Below are positions 11,014 through 26,059 of a stretch of DNA of 64,000 bases, piece by piece. The notes under the pieces are model-generated. The model was not told the DNA's origin, did not search any database, and saw only the letters and a program-made list of their open reading frames with translations. Numbering within the stretch: the stretch's first letter is position 1; each line of letters opens with the position of its first letter. The stretch comes from Octopus vulgaris. Lineage: Eukaryota. The stretch is taken from contig OX597815.1 in NCBI GenBank assembly GCA_951406725.2, positions 198,028,001 to 198,092,000 on the forward strand, read 5' to 3'. Both the position numbers and the translations under genes were made by a program.

Positions 11014-14000
11014 GTAATAGAAATGACTTTCTACGATGTTTTTGAAATTACATATCAAATATTAGTTTTGTAAATTTTAACAGGAAAATCAGAGTAAAAG
11101 TTTATATACTCTCAGTCTCATATAGATTATTTTATATTTTAAGGACTGAGCATCGAAATTCCGTATTTTTGAACAGGCAAAAGGTGTTTGAACACGGATA
11201 TATATCAGTGCATGATGCTCGCCAAGAAAACAAGATCCCACACTCATGTATGCCTGAATACGTGTGAGTATATGTATAGTCATAACTGCTTGTGGTAATA
11301 AAGCAAATAATATTTGCCATAAAATACATGTTTGGTTCCCATTTGGAAGCGTATTCGTTTATGCCCGCACCATATGTAGCATATGAAATCTTTAGACGTA
11401 TTGTACTAAACTTATCCTCACAATGATATTTAGATTTTCTTCCTTAGCCAAAAAAATATATAAGAAGCAAAAAAATGCGCCTTGTAAAATAACATGTCAG
11501 ATAAAATGCTTACAGAATTTTTCTTGCATTTCTCCAAATACATTTGATGTGAGCGTACAATGCGTTGCATATGAAGTCGTTAGAGTCATTGTGCAAAGCT
11601 CTCAGTGCCTATTCAAGTAATGATATTTCTTTTCCTTTTCATTACTAACCAAACCGTAGTTGCGATATAATTTATCGATAAATGGATTTCCACGTTGGCA
11701 AAATAGAATGAAAGAATAAAGTAATAATTTTTAGAAGAAAAAAAAAGGTGTTTATTACATTGAGTTCCAAAGGAAGCATTAGAAACCGAGAGAGGCAGAC
11801 AAATATTAAGAAATGTTCACCATCCTATTTCAAATTTCAGCATTTTATTTCAACTCTGTGACATTGGCAGTAAATTATATAACTTCAAGACATGATATTA
11901 CAAGTATTTTCAATGTAATGCTGTACACGTTATTCCTTGCAGTCTTGACATATAATACGATGATTGAGAATCAAATGAGAATTAGTAAAAAAAAAGATAT
12001 AATTAAAAACAGAAAAGTAGGTTATAATGACTAAAGGAAAATAACTTCGGAAGAAATCGGATGCGTAAAATGAATAAAAAAATTACTATGGAACGAGGTG
12101 AATCTAAACATGTAACATGATAAGCAACGGCTATTTCTGAAAGCAGGTTATTGATTCGTTCGCTTCATACATTGGCATCACAGAACATGTAATTCAATGT
12201 ATGTTTATGTTACCATTAGAGTCGTCGAATTTCTCTGAATATTTATTTCATTAATATATTTTTATATATATATATATTTTTTTTTTTGCATATTTATTTA
12301 ACAGTGATTTCGTTATTGATTCATGAGTGAACGCTTCATGCATAGACATCCATACACATATTCCAATATACCAATATTAATTTGCATCCGCGTGAGAATC
12401 TTTATTTTGTTTTATGCTTTCGTATCGTGTTTCAGAAAATTGCGTAAGAATTCTTGCACAAGCAATTGCATATAGCATTTACTTATATCCTCTCGTCTCT
12501 CATCATACATAAGTCTATTCGTTCATGTTCTTTCCTATACTCATATGCACACGAACATATATAAAGGAATAAAAGTAAACAACAATGTTTTTTTTTACGC
12601 TGTAAAGGATTAATTAGATCGAAGAGTCGTGCGGATGCACCAGGTTTGGAAGATTGAGGTTATAATTGTTTTCATAAATACATGGCAGAATGTGTAAGAA
12701 ATCTAGAGAAAAATCATTTTCAGTTCTAGGGTTGTCACGATTGTATAATCACAGCTTATTAAGTGGATATTTCTTCCAATACAGTCCTTTAACACTGGAC
12801 TTACATAATAGAAGAATTCATCCTATTCCAAGAACCAATTCTAAATCTACGAAATGTAAATCTTTTTCAAATGTATAAGAAAGGCGCTAGTGTGTTACAG
12901 CGTACTACGTCGTAGGGAAACGCTTATTTCCCTACGGGTAACTTGTTGACTGATGTCATTAGAAGATACTCATCATTTTTATGCTCTTTTATATTGTTAC
13001 GTAGCAGGTGTAGTAACATGATTGTTCCCCAGCAACTAACACTGACATTTAACATGCATATTTACATGTCAAAGCAGATCTTAACGAATATACATGTCAA
13101 GTCCTTCCTCTTCACATTCTCATATAGAAAGCTAAAAAAAATAATCGTGTTGCAATGTTAGATCAGTTGGGCAATTATCTCTCAGCGGGATCTAATCTAA
13201 ATAGAATCAAAACACGCATGTATATATGGTATCTATTTAGAGTACAAGTCGTCATTAACACTAAAGCACAAGATTTAGCCCAGGTAAAATCAGTTGTATC
13301 TCTCAAATTCGATTCTACTGTCCACGACGGTAGTATTTTAGTTGGTAATCAAGGCGACCAGCTGGAAGAATCATTAGTCTCCGTGTTGAGTCTGAGGACG
13401 CCTGGGAATATGAATGGAGGTATTGACTTGATGTTTAATTTTCATCACTCTCAGTACATTTTCTCAGATTAACACCCAAATACTCTTACATGTTTGTATT
13501 GGACCTACCCGCGTTAATGCCAAGCAGTACAGCGTGTCCTTTCCAAATTTCTGGCAGAGTGAATTAAGCCATGGTGTTTTTTTCACGGACGGTTCCCGTC
13601 TGACCCTACTATGCTGCATAGTCGACAAAATCAAAAACAAATGATGCACATCTGCGAAATTATAACTATAAACTGGCGACAATTTATCCATCGTACCCTG
13701 TATATTCACAACCAACGCATATATTTATTCCACATAAGGCGCCAAGGTGGTAAGTATAAATTAACTCTTTCTTTTCTCAAGGTACTTAAAATAAACTTAT
13801 GCATATTTCACATAACGGTACAACAAAAATATATCGAGACATATCATATGCAAATGAAATCATTATGAAACACATCTGTTCAAGCACTGAGACTATAAAA
13901 CTAACAACTCACACAACATATATTTTTGATATTTGACGCTCATTAATTTAACACAAATAATGGATCTTCTAAATATTAATCTGATGATAAAGTACATATG

Positions 14001-14679
14001 AATGCATCAGGTATGTCAAGAAGATTTACGAGGAGGTAAAGCTGAATTTGAAAATGATTTTTAAATAATTGGTCAGCAGATTTATTTTTATGTACTAACG
14101 AAACTAATTACCAAGTATAGCAGTCAGTCAGTTATAAAGTGGAGATATGATTAAAAGTCGCAGATTTCTCCACTCAATATTTAATGAGAATGACACGTAA
14201 ATGTATATAACGTGGAAACAGGAATTATTAGATTTGTCAGCAACAGTAAGTATACGAGAACTTTGTTTTTTTTTCATATATCTACTCAATGAGATTGATC
14301 TCAACAAAAGGATAAAAGTTAGAAATTTTACATAGAGAAATTGTGGGAAATAAACGGTTTCTTTATCAATAATAAATCCTTAAAGCAACTGAAATCGAAG
14401 CAGGAAAATTAATTGATAAACAATATAAAGGAAAGGAAAATGTAGGAATTTAAGAATATTTCAACAAATTACTCGTGATGAATTATGAGATGGATTCTTT
14501 CAAAAGATAATACCAGGCCATCTACCAACCTGACGTTATCTTATCAAGAATGACGTAAACATTAATTACAAACCAATGCAACATTAAACCCTTATGAGTT
14601 CGACTGACAATTATTAACAACGATGATTACAGTTACTCAATAATAATGTTTTCTACTATACGCACAAGTCTAAAATCTT

Positions 14680-14860
14680 TCAAGTGGGTGGGTTAATCGA
14701 TCATATCAATTGCTCAAATGATTCGTATTTCATCAGCCGCCCAAAGTAGGAATTTATAAAGTCAACGTGGCTGGAATTTGAACTTAGTATTGACAGACGG
14801 ATCATAGACGATATACATTTTGTTCAGGCGTGCTGGCGAATCTGCTAGATTGACGCTTTC
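14680..14860 (-). mobile_element. Highly degenerate SINE-B
   Basis: aaagtcaacgtggctggaatttgaact resembles the reversed B-box region. Confidence 0.45.
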
Positions 14861-15409
14861 TTCTTGAATAACAATAATGTGTAGCATCAGCAGAAAACAC
14901 AGCTGGAACTCAAAAAACAAAAGTAAATAAATAGTTGAATAACACAACCCGAAATTACCAACCCAGAAAACGTTCATAATGATACGCTTGGCAGGGGCAC
15001 ATATGATTATCGTAAAGATGTTTCATAAGTGCAACCGTTGTGGTGACAATGAGGAACACACAATCTTGGCACTCATAAATGAAGAGAAATTCGCAAATTA
15101 GACCCTTCACGAGCTTTCTTATAATCTACAAATTCTTAACTGGCATCATACTACCGATGATCAATAAAAATCTCAATACTAACAATGTCATTCTAGAATA
15201 TCAGTAGGTAAGCTGAGAATTAACGTTTAACACGAAATTTCAGTTATTAATTAATAACGTCCTGATCAATGCTTAAAAGAAGGAATTTACAGGATGCATT
15301 TGATTGCGTCCCTCCATCTTAAATGCTGAAAATATACATCATGATTTGCAATTGATAAACTACAGCGTGATACGGCCAACATTTCCTTAAGAAATTACAA
15401 AGTCGAATA

Positions 15410-15550
15410 AAGTTACGTCGACCCAAGTGCTTGACTAGTCCTTATTCTATCGATCTCCACTTGATGAAAGGCGAAGTCGACCCCAGCTGTTTCTGTCAGA
15501 ACTTATAAAAGGACTTTCGGTGTGCCAACGATTCTGACATATCACGGCCT
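15410..15550 (-). mobile_element. Degenerate SINE-B fragment
   Basis: gtcgacccaagtg...gatgaaaggcgaagtcgacc core. Confidence 0.55.
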
Positions 15551-15582
15551 GATTGAACTCATATATATTAAAGAGACATAAG

Positions 15583-15632
<50 letters not shown>

Positions 15633-16327
15633 CAGTCCATCAGCATACGGTCAATGTCATGCTCAAATAGAAAGTATCATTCTCTATTTCTAGACAGTGA
15701 ATAATAAAAAATTACATTCGTGGTCTTACTGAGAAGTTTAAAAATCATATCAAGGATTTATTTATCACTGCCATATATGTATTAGTGATACATTACTCTG
15801 CATAGTACGAAGTTTATTGCTTATAAACAAATTATGTGCTATAAAATTTTTAACAATTAAATCTATATTATTTGGAAAATCTTTGCCTGCCCGTACATCA
15901 TTCATTTATTTTTTACATGAATTCATCCGATATGAAAATATATATCGTATTAAACTAACGAAACAAAGTGAATGAAGAAGAGTGAAGAAATAATAAATTA
16001 ATGTATTAAGTTAGATTTATAATACTAAATTAAGAACTAGCAATGAACAAGTGTAGCATTTATGTAAAAGAAGATATATTAAAGCAGACCACTTAACGAG
16101 AAGAGTTAAGAGGAATGCTATTGACTATTCAGCCTGTTGTTAAACACTGCTGTAAAAAGAGTGTGTATAAATTCAATGCCAACTACTGGTGCTAAGTATT
16201 TTATTTTGGAACTGAAATTAATAGAATAATTTAAAGATAAATTATCCAGGGTCATTGTAACCCATTATCCGTAATTAGACATAAATATAATAATACTGCT
16301 CAGAATACTTAGAGAAATGTGATTAAT

Positions 16328-16542
16328 ATTGGCTTCAAATTGGACGCAAGGGAATCAGATTCGAGAGAGGGTGTAAGTAGGTTACATAGACACCAGTACT
16401 CAACTGGTCCTCATTTTATCCATCCCGAAAGAGTAAAAGGCAAAGTCGACCTGGGCAGAAGCTGAACTGAATACGTGAAGGTGGACGAAATGCTACTAAG
16501 TATTTTGTTCGGCGTGTTTCGGATTCTTCCAGCTGACGCTTT
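16328..16542 (-). mobile_element. Degenerate SINE-B
   Basis: aaaggcaaagtcgacctgggcagaagctgaact core. Confidence 0.65.
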
Positions 16543-17092
16543 GAATGATGGTCATTAATATCAAGATGAAAAGCAACTTCATTTATATGTAAACACAGAA
16601 AACTGACGAACGTGATAAGGAAACATATTTTGAGAAATTATAGTATGAACTTCACACTAAAATACCATTAACATGTTATAGAAAAAAATGAGTACTAGCT
16701 TTACCATATTGCATCACCACCAATATTTGCTGTTAAAAGATGTGCTTGATAAATGTTATGATGCCTTAATAGTAATGAAAATGCTATCTTGTCAATTCTT
16801 TTAATAATTCCTATTACCTTTATCACATTTACCAGCAGAAAATGCCATGTCACATAAACTAGTCACATAGATATTGATTTATAACAATAAACAGGTAGTA
16901 ATAACTGTTTAATCATGGCTAACGACAGTTATACTTCAACTCGAACGCGACTTTAAAACATCGCGTACCAGGTCTAAGCCTTTTGTCTAAGCCTTATTCA
17001 ATATGAAACTGGCTGGTGCAATATAAAATATATAACGAGTAACAACGAACATTAATCAGCAAGCTCTTGAACAATTGCAAATACTGCAAGGA

Positions 17093-17254
17093 TACTACTA
17101 CTACTACTACTACTACTACAAATACTACAACTACAACCACCACCACCACTACTACAACTACTACTACTACTACTAATGATAATAATAATAATACCATTAC
17201 AGCTGCTGCTACTGATATTATCAATACTCCTCCTCCTACTACTACTACTACCAC

Positions 17255-17321
<67 letters not shown>

Positions 17322-17585
17322 AACTACCACCACCACCACCACCATCACCACCACTACTACTACTACTTCTAATAATAATAATAATAATAATACCACTACA
17401 GCTGCTGCTACTGATATTATCAATAATCCTCCTCCTCCTACTACTACTACTACTACCACCACAACCACCACTACAGCTGCTACTACTAGTACTACTACTA
17501 CTACTATTATTATTATTAATACTACAGTTGCTGGTGCTACTTTTCAACTACTAATATTGCTACTAAGATAATAACAATAATAATA
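17093..17585. repeat. Compound (ACT/ACC/AAT)n array with a higher-order duplication
   Basis: The block acagctgctgctactgatattatcaata occurs twice, about 200 bp apart. Confidence 0.9.
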
Positions 17586-18379
17586 GTATTGATAAATATA
17601 TAAAAAAAATAGAGGACTGCGAATGTTTAAATTGGGAACCTCATCTCTTAGAAAAACAAAGTGTCAGTTCATTAATCCGGGTCTTTAATCATTTATCTAA
17701 AAACTCTGCCACTTGAAATTGGATTAAAATAAAGCGGCAATTAACTTCCAATAGCTATACCTAGTTCTGTTGTTTTACACTTTTATATTTTCATTCTTTT
17801 TTATTGTATCCACTCTTACTTCATTTCAGCTGGATGTTGAAATAGTTGTATCACATTTTATAGTAACTGATTCCTGTCCAAAGTAATTTAGCTTTCGTAG
17901 AAAACAAACCTGCTCAAAATGATAATGTGAACAGAAAAATATAAAAAAAAAACACGAAGCATTCCCGGCTCTCATTATATTGCACCTTCCACTTCAAACC
18001 GAACAAGGCTGTAATGGTATCCGGGAATATTAATTTTACTTCCAAATATCTATTTTTATTATAGTTATTTTTTTAACCAGTTGTTTCTAAGACTCTGCTT
18101 TCCTTATTTATTTACGGTTTTTTTTCTTCCTTCCTCTCAAAGATCATTAATGGTTAATTAATTTTATCACTAAAATTCCATACACCATTCTAACTTGCAA
18201 TGGAACGAAGCTACGTCGCTCGATGAATGGTCAGTTTATTTATCAATAATTTAGCAGAATCGGAAGAATGAATGCTTTGGAATTGCTAGCTGAATTTCCG
18301 CTTCAGAAAAAGGATGGTACGTGGATCCATTCACAGTTGCTTTGAATTGATACCTGGTGTTTTTTTTTATACATGCATG

Positions 18380-19470
<1,091 letters not shown>

Positions 19471-20296
19471 CTCTCATTTTTAACTCGTAATACGACTTCA
19501 ACATTTTATTATCGGTTCATCGTTTTCATCAGCAAGTTTATTTCTTCTATTTTCTATTACTTCCAACTATTGTTCCTGTTTTTAATTTCGTTTTCTATTT
19601 CCATCTCAGTTTTTTTTTTTTTTTTTTTCATTATCTGATCAATAAACCAAGTGGAATAATTGATTGCATTTCATTCGATCCTTCATCCTTTTATGAATTT
19701 ATTACTGCACATCAGTTTGACAAAATGCACTATCAGAATAAAGAGGAGAGGCAATTTCAAACATGATACATGTGAAAAAATTAGGTACTCGGCAACTGAG
19801 ACAATATAATGTCAGCAACGTTATCTGGAGAAGATGAAGTAATGTGCTCAATACATTTGGGATTGAATTTACATCAATTAAATAGACATGGTTTAATGAA
19901 TATTCATTTCCGATGTCTGTACTCATATCCTGCCGGGGAAATTTGGAGCCTAAAGCTATGGAAATGGGTCTTCCTTATTCGATAACCGCCCTAGGTTTAA
20001 TTTTCCAAGTTACAGAACAATATTTTACCACATTAGGCTTAAATATTTCAGTTTGACAAAAATTATTTTCTACAGAAACCTCTAAATATTAGTAAAATAT
20101 TGCATCTCCGAGAAACCCTTTTATTATACTGATAGTGACGGCGTGTAAATGAAAGTGTCTTTTGCTTCACAATATCAAGGACAATGCGGAAAAATTAAAC
20201 TTTTGATGAAAATTCTGGAAAATTTGTTTAGTAAAGCAGTGTCATGCTATTGAGAAAATATACACCAACATTAATGTAAGACTTAAAGACATGTAT

Positions 20297-20662
20297 TCTT
20301 TATTTGTTTCAGTCATTTGACTGTGGCCACGCTGGAGCACCGCCTTCACTCGAGCAAATTGACCCCCGGGGTTATTCTTTGTAAGCCTAGTACTTATTCT
20401 ATCTGTCTTTTTTGCCGAACTGCTAAGTTACGGGGACGTAAACTCACCAGCATCGGTTGTCAAGCGATCTTGGGGAGACAAACACAAACACAGAAACATA
20501 TACACACACATACACACACATATATATATATACATATATAAGACGGGCTTCTTTCAGTTTCCGTCTACCAAAGACATTTGCCCAAGGTGCCACTCGGTGG
20601 GACTGAACCCGGAACCATGTGGTTGATAAGCAAGTTACTTACCACACAGCCACTCCTCCCCT
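20297..20662 (-). mobile_element. SINE-A with internal deletion
   Basis: Reverse complement of the 26375 copy; the segment between ctaccaaa and gacatttgccc is missing. Confidence 0.9.
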
Positions 20663-20673
20663 AAATGTGTAAC

Positions 20674-20777
20674 ACTTACAGCACCTAGGTTTCCCAAGCG
20701 GTCAGCCATCTAAGTACTAACTAGTCTCGACGTTGCTTAACTTCGGTGATCGGACGAGAACCGGTGCTTTCAACGTG
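20674..20777 (-). pseudogene. 5S rRNA: 5S rRNA pseudogene (5' end altered)
   Basis: Minus strand cacgttgaaagcaccggttctcgtccgatcaccgaagttaagcaacgtcgagactagttagtacttagatggctgaccgcttgggaaacctaggtgctgtaag matches metazoan 5S rRNA. The first ~14 nt diverge and there is no oligo-T terminator directly downstream. Confidence 0.9.
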
Positions 20778-22581
20778 AAGGTGTGGAAATCATATATACT
20801 AGCTGGGAAATATCGTGATTAATTATAAAAGTTATTGAAAACAAAATGTAGCATAAGCACAGGAATTAAGGATACGATAGAATAAGTGTTATAGCTACCG
20901 CTTTATTCAATAACGCCTCTGGCATTTATGCACTGTATAACTTTTCAAATTTTATCTACGGTTCTCTAATCTGGACTATCCTCTCCTACATCTTGGTGAG
21001 CAAATGTCATCGGCACTTCTCTAAAGTTGTTCTTTTTTTTATTATTTTGCTGTAATTAACCTTAGTTTTCTAGGTTGGAGTGTTGACTCGACACAAACAT
21101 CGTTTCACCTTTTACCAGCGATAGTCCAGATTCGTTCTATCCCTATCGTTTAACCTGCTCAGCATGGAGACCACACTAGGAACCTGCGCTCCGTTGGTGT
21201 AGCTTCGCAGAGCCATTGAACCACAAATGCAACGACAACGTTACAAGAACTATATCTAGTGGTAGAAATATTATAGGAATACGTCGTTCCAGTGTCATAA
21301 TAGGATAATAATTTTTGTTATGTTTACAGATGTAGGAGAATTAAAGTCATCGTTGGCCTTGAATTGCTCATTCATTATTGCAATCTCATTTTTGATCTAA
21401 AGATATTAAACGTATATGTGCATACTTTTCATTTTTGCTACAAGGGTTAACTAATATTGTCATATTAATTCATTCTGTAGAGTTAAATAAAATGAGTTTT
21501 AAAGTAACTGAGAACATATCCGAGATCTTTGAGCGTTTTCTCTATAATAGGAGACACATTCTTTACCACATATTACATTCAATATTAAATTGCTAGAAAA
21601 ATATATTAATATCTCATTGACTTGATATTTGCAAAGAAATGGATTTCAATTTCATTTTTTCATTTTTCTCTTCGCATTGAAAAATAAACTCAGCTACAGA
21701 AACAATTCACAAGGAGATAGATAATTGCTGTTTCGTATGAGAAATATAAGTGAATAGTGCACTGCGTATTCAAATAGAAATAAATAAGAAATATTATACG
21801 GTAGTCGGCATTACACCACATGATATATTTCCCTGCAGCCGTTCATTGTTTATTGGAATCTGTAACGCTAAACCACACACGATTTAGTTGCCATATTCAA
21901 TAAGAAAAATATGAATAATCAAATGTAAACAATGGTATTATGTTATTATTTGCAAATACGATTAGGTAAAGTGCATTATAACTGTTTCCTATTAAAAATT
22001 TTCGATTCCGCTACATGTCATGCAATTATTGAACAGCACGCTATAGCATCATATCTTTGATGACAAAAATATACAGAAAATTATTAAGAATAGATACACG
22101 CGCATCGTTCATGAACATGAACATATACTTGGAATTAAAGCTATCATCCGAAATGACATTAATATCCATAAATGTACGGCGCAGCTGCGGATTTATAACT
22201 GATAACGTTTCTAAGTAACAACCCTTTTCGAATGGCAGGATGTAAAACATTACATATGCGTTCGTAATTTAATAATTACATTTTTAAAACATTACATTAT
22301 AGAAAAAAACCGGTTCCAGAGCATTCGGCTTATATTTGCTGTATGCCGTTCATCAACATTGAAGGGAATTTACTAGAGCGAAACCCATTTTATTCAAGTA
22401 GTCGTCGAGAATGGTCAGGTCGAGCTGATCATATGAGAAAAAAAATGTTATCCTAAGTACTGAGAATTGTGTTCACAACACTCCTGCATCGGCAAGAGAG
22501 CGGAACGCAGAGGAAATCAGTGCACCGAAAACTTCCGACGACGACGACAACGACAACAACAACAGCAGCAGCAATGATAAT

Positions 22582-22635
<54 letters not shown>

Positions 22636-22656
22636 AATAATAATAATAATTAATTA

Positions 22657-22983
22657 TTTTATTGGCCACAGGGGCTGACAAAATCAATTATTACATAAAG
22701 GGACAAAACAGGACGAAAGGTTACAAAGGGTTTTATCCGTTTGTGAAAAAATCGAGTAAAAAATCATTTTAATAACGAAAAAACTCCGAATAGGGGGAGG
22801 GGTTACGAAAGGTTCCTGGTAGAAAAAATCCATTTCTCCTTTTATATTACCTTTTTAAATCACAGGTGCAACCTCAGAATGACGCCTTTCATACAAGCCA
22901 TTCTTGCGACATTTATTCACCTTTCAGCAAAATTGCTATTGGACAGCACTTCCCTCTCTACTCTGATCTTCCTTTTCAAGTGA
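22657..22983 (-). mobile_element. 3' end of an L1/Tx1-like LINE inserted in (AAT)n
   Basis: Minus strand encodes HLKRKIRVEREVLSNSNFAER(W>*)INVARM...LHL*, then a 3' UTR ending cagcccctgtggccaataaaa. Clade assignment is from recalled motif similarity. Confidence 0.6.
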
Positions 22984-22995
22984 ATAATAATGATG

Positions 22996-23062
<67 letters not shown>

Positions 23063-23399
23063 TAATCTTCACCTGTTGCGAATATTCTCTCACGTTTACG
23101 TATGTCCTCAGCCACGTGGATGTAGTTAATAAAAGAATGAAAGAATAGATTTAATCCAAACAAACTCGTACGCAGGAAATATTATGAGCGCCGTAAAAAA
23201 AGACAAAATATCTCTTATATTTAGAAATATAGACAAAAAAAAACAGGTGGGTTTGAAAATTCCATAAACTGATTATGAAGGAGTGACGCTAGAGCTATAA
23301 AAATGTGTCATGCATTAACATAAACACTTATTAAGAACTGCATTTTTTTCAGAAATAAGGGTTAACTATTAGCGTCTGCTCTTGAAAGTGGTAAGAATT

Positions 23400-24349
23400 T
23401 TGCTGCGTGGTGTTGTAATGAACCAGTAGAATAAGGGTTAACATTCATGCTAACATAGTTTTTTACACTAACAGCTGACGCTGCAGTTTTGTCATCAGTG
23501 TAAAAGTGGGGAACTGAATTTATGAGGCGAAGAAAGAGTCCTGAAAATGAGCTAAGAACTGGACGTGCTGCAACTGCAACCACCAATGAAAACAGTCCTC
23601 TTTTTCCTTACATGGAAATGGATGCCATCTCAAAGTTGAGAATATTCTGGATAATGAACTCATCTTAACAAACGCTTCTACCCTGTGGGTTCAACATCTA
23701 CTGACACCTGATGAAAAGGGTACCATTCTGATCACATTACGGAAACAATCTGACATTGAGTTAGGAAAATGCAAGTGGTTTTCTTGAAGCTTTCCTAATC
23801 CAGAATGTGTGTTGGAGCCAAAGACAAAAAGACAATCCTTGTAGCGATGATATTCCTACAACCCTGCTCCACAGTAACTGAAGATTTTTTATCTGTAGAG
23901 AAGATGATGTCCTCAGTTTTTTGGAAAGCAAAGGACATTGTGTTTATTGACTATCTTCAACAGAGTCACAACATAAATGGAACGTACTATGCCAATTTGC
24001 TGAGGTTGTTACGAAAATCTATGATGACTATACACTGAGTTCTTTTCAGCGTAATGTCCTAGCATACAAAACCTTAGTTTCAATGGCTGCAATACGCCAC
24101 TGTGGCTTAAAATGGCTGACCATCATACCTATTCTTCCGATCTGCCCCCCCCCGTCTTATCGTCATCTGTTAGTCATCACGAAAAGATACTTGGCTAGAA
24201 ACCAGTATCTCTGTGATGATGATATCATATCTGTTGATAATGGCATTTTTTCCCCAACCGGACAAAATCTTCTTCAACAATGGGATCCAAGCACTACAAC
24301 GCTGATGGAAAAATTGTGTGGACGGCATGGGTTATTTGTTGAAAAATAA
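23400..24349 (+). mobile_element. Decayed mariner (DD34D) transposase
   Basis: Fragments GRAATATT, WVQHLLTPDEK, KMMSSVFWKAKDIVFIDYLQQSHNINGTYYANLL, an HxPYSPDL-like stretch and terminal FVEK*. Many frameshifts. Confidence 0.88.
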
Positions 24350-24540
24350 ACCACATTTCATCTTCTTCCAAGTCATCATCTTCTTCAGCCGACACTCGTA
24401 CATGCATTTTTTTCATGTGCACAAAATAAATACTTATAAATATGTACAAAAACTTGAAAATGAATACGCAAATGTTTGAAAAAGTATACATAAATACACC
24501 TACACCAACATGCTTATACAGAGATACCAATGTTGTTCAA

Positions 24541-24703
24541 GCATTGCTTGACAACCGATGCTAGTGTGTTTATGTCCCCGTTACTTAGCGGTTCGGCAAA
24601 AGAGACCGATAGAATAAGTACTGAGCTTACAAAAGAATAAGTCCTTGGGTCGAGTTGCTCGATTAAAGGCGGTGCTCCAGCATGGCCGCAGTCACATGAC
24701 TGA
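24541..24703 (+). mobile_element. SINE-A 3' half
   Basis: Matches about 26590-26750. Confidence 0.9.
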
Positions 24704-25277
24704 TACCATCCACATGGTTTCGTGTGATACAAATAAAATAGTAAAAGAGTTGGGAGTGTTCAGTGACCGTTTTTACCGAGCTTGCAAGTCATAAATGCCA
24801 ATACAGATACAAGGATATGAAACACTGCTGTAAAGTCACAAACACACGCGTAGAATCACAAGCAAAGGCGCAGCGCGAGCTTATAATTTGTTTCTAAGTA
24901 TAGATACGTTACTTGGTTTAAAAAGTGACGAATTTAGATATTCATTCGTTAGTTATGAGATATACCAAGATAATAAATACATAAAACACAATAACTGTAT
25001 CAAGACAAGGAACATATCACTAAATTATTTCGAATAGAAATAAGTAATACATGAAGTAATACGTAATAAGTAATACGTGAAAGGATAAATAAATATCACT
25101 CTTTATTTATTTATCCTTTTCACGTATATATGCATGTATGTATGCATAAGTTGTTTTTATTATTGTTACTATCATCATCATCATCATCATCATTATCATT
25201 ATTATCATTATTATTATTATTATCATTATTATTAGTATTACTATTATTATTATTATTATCATTATTATTATTATTAC

Positions 25278-25323
<46 letters not shown>

Positions 25324-25325
<2 letters not shown>

Positions 25326-25388
25326 GTTTTTTCCTTCTTTCTTCAAATTTCCTTCCGTTTCTCGCCGAGTGTTTTCCATACACCTAGG
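25324..25388 (-). mobile_element. 3'-terminal ~65 bp of the R4/Dong LINE, tailing into (AAT)n
   Basis: Reverse complement near-identical to 61336-61395 (cctaggtgtatggaaaacactcggcgagaaacggaag...aaaaaacat). Confidence 0.9.
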
Positions 25389-25484
25389 AACTGCTAAGTT
25401 ACGGGGACCTAAACACACCAGCATCGGTTGTCAAGCGAAGTTTGGGGGACAAACACAAACACACAAACATATACACACACATAA

Positions 25485-25545
<61 letters not shown>

Positions 25546-25705
25546 TACGACGGGCTTCTTTCAGTTTCCGTCTACCATATCCACTCACAAGGCTTTGGTA
25601 GGCCCGAGGCTATAGCAGAAGACACTTGCCCAAGATGCCACGCAGTGGGACTGAACCAGGAACAATGTGGTTGGTTAGCAAGCTACTTACCACACAGCCA
25701 CTCCT
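25389..25705 (-). mobile_element. SINE-A lacking its 3' end, fused to the Dong tail
   Basis: Head and body match SINE-A up to ccccgtaacttagcagttc, then switch to LINE sequence. Confidence 0.9.
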
Positions 25706-26059
25706 TCATTTGTAGTTAATAACCTTTGCCAACAATCGATGGGTCTGGCATTACTGGATGTGGTGTTAATTTCAGTAATGCAAGACTTTATCGAGTGTGT
25801 ATCTGAACATTAGCATATTTTTTCCTTATATTTGTGCAAATTAAAGCTATTTATGATAATGACAACCTTCACATATTTCTGTTTGCTTCTTTGGGTTTCT
25901 TTAAAATATGTGTGGGTGTGTGTGTGTGTGTGTCTTGTATGTAGGTGTCTGTGTAAATATGCACGTGTGTATAGGGATACGTGCGTAAGTATGCACATAT
26001 GCATGGATAAAGGTATGTAAGCTTGCAATCATGTATGCGTACCTGTGTGTGTGTGTGTG

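Noticed and set aside
13155-13472. 105-aa non-repetitive ORF
   Set aside because: No recognisable domain; its length is compatible with chance.
17052-17571. Mucin-like poly-Thr ORFs (also 56646-57039)
   Set aside because: Trinucleotide arrays open in several frames, with no unique coding context.
20674-20777. Functional 5S rRNA gene
   Set aside because: 5' strand of helix I is missing, there is no terminator, and the copy is isolated.
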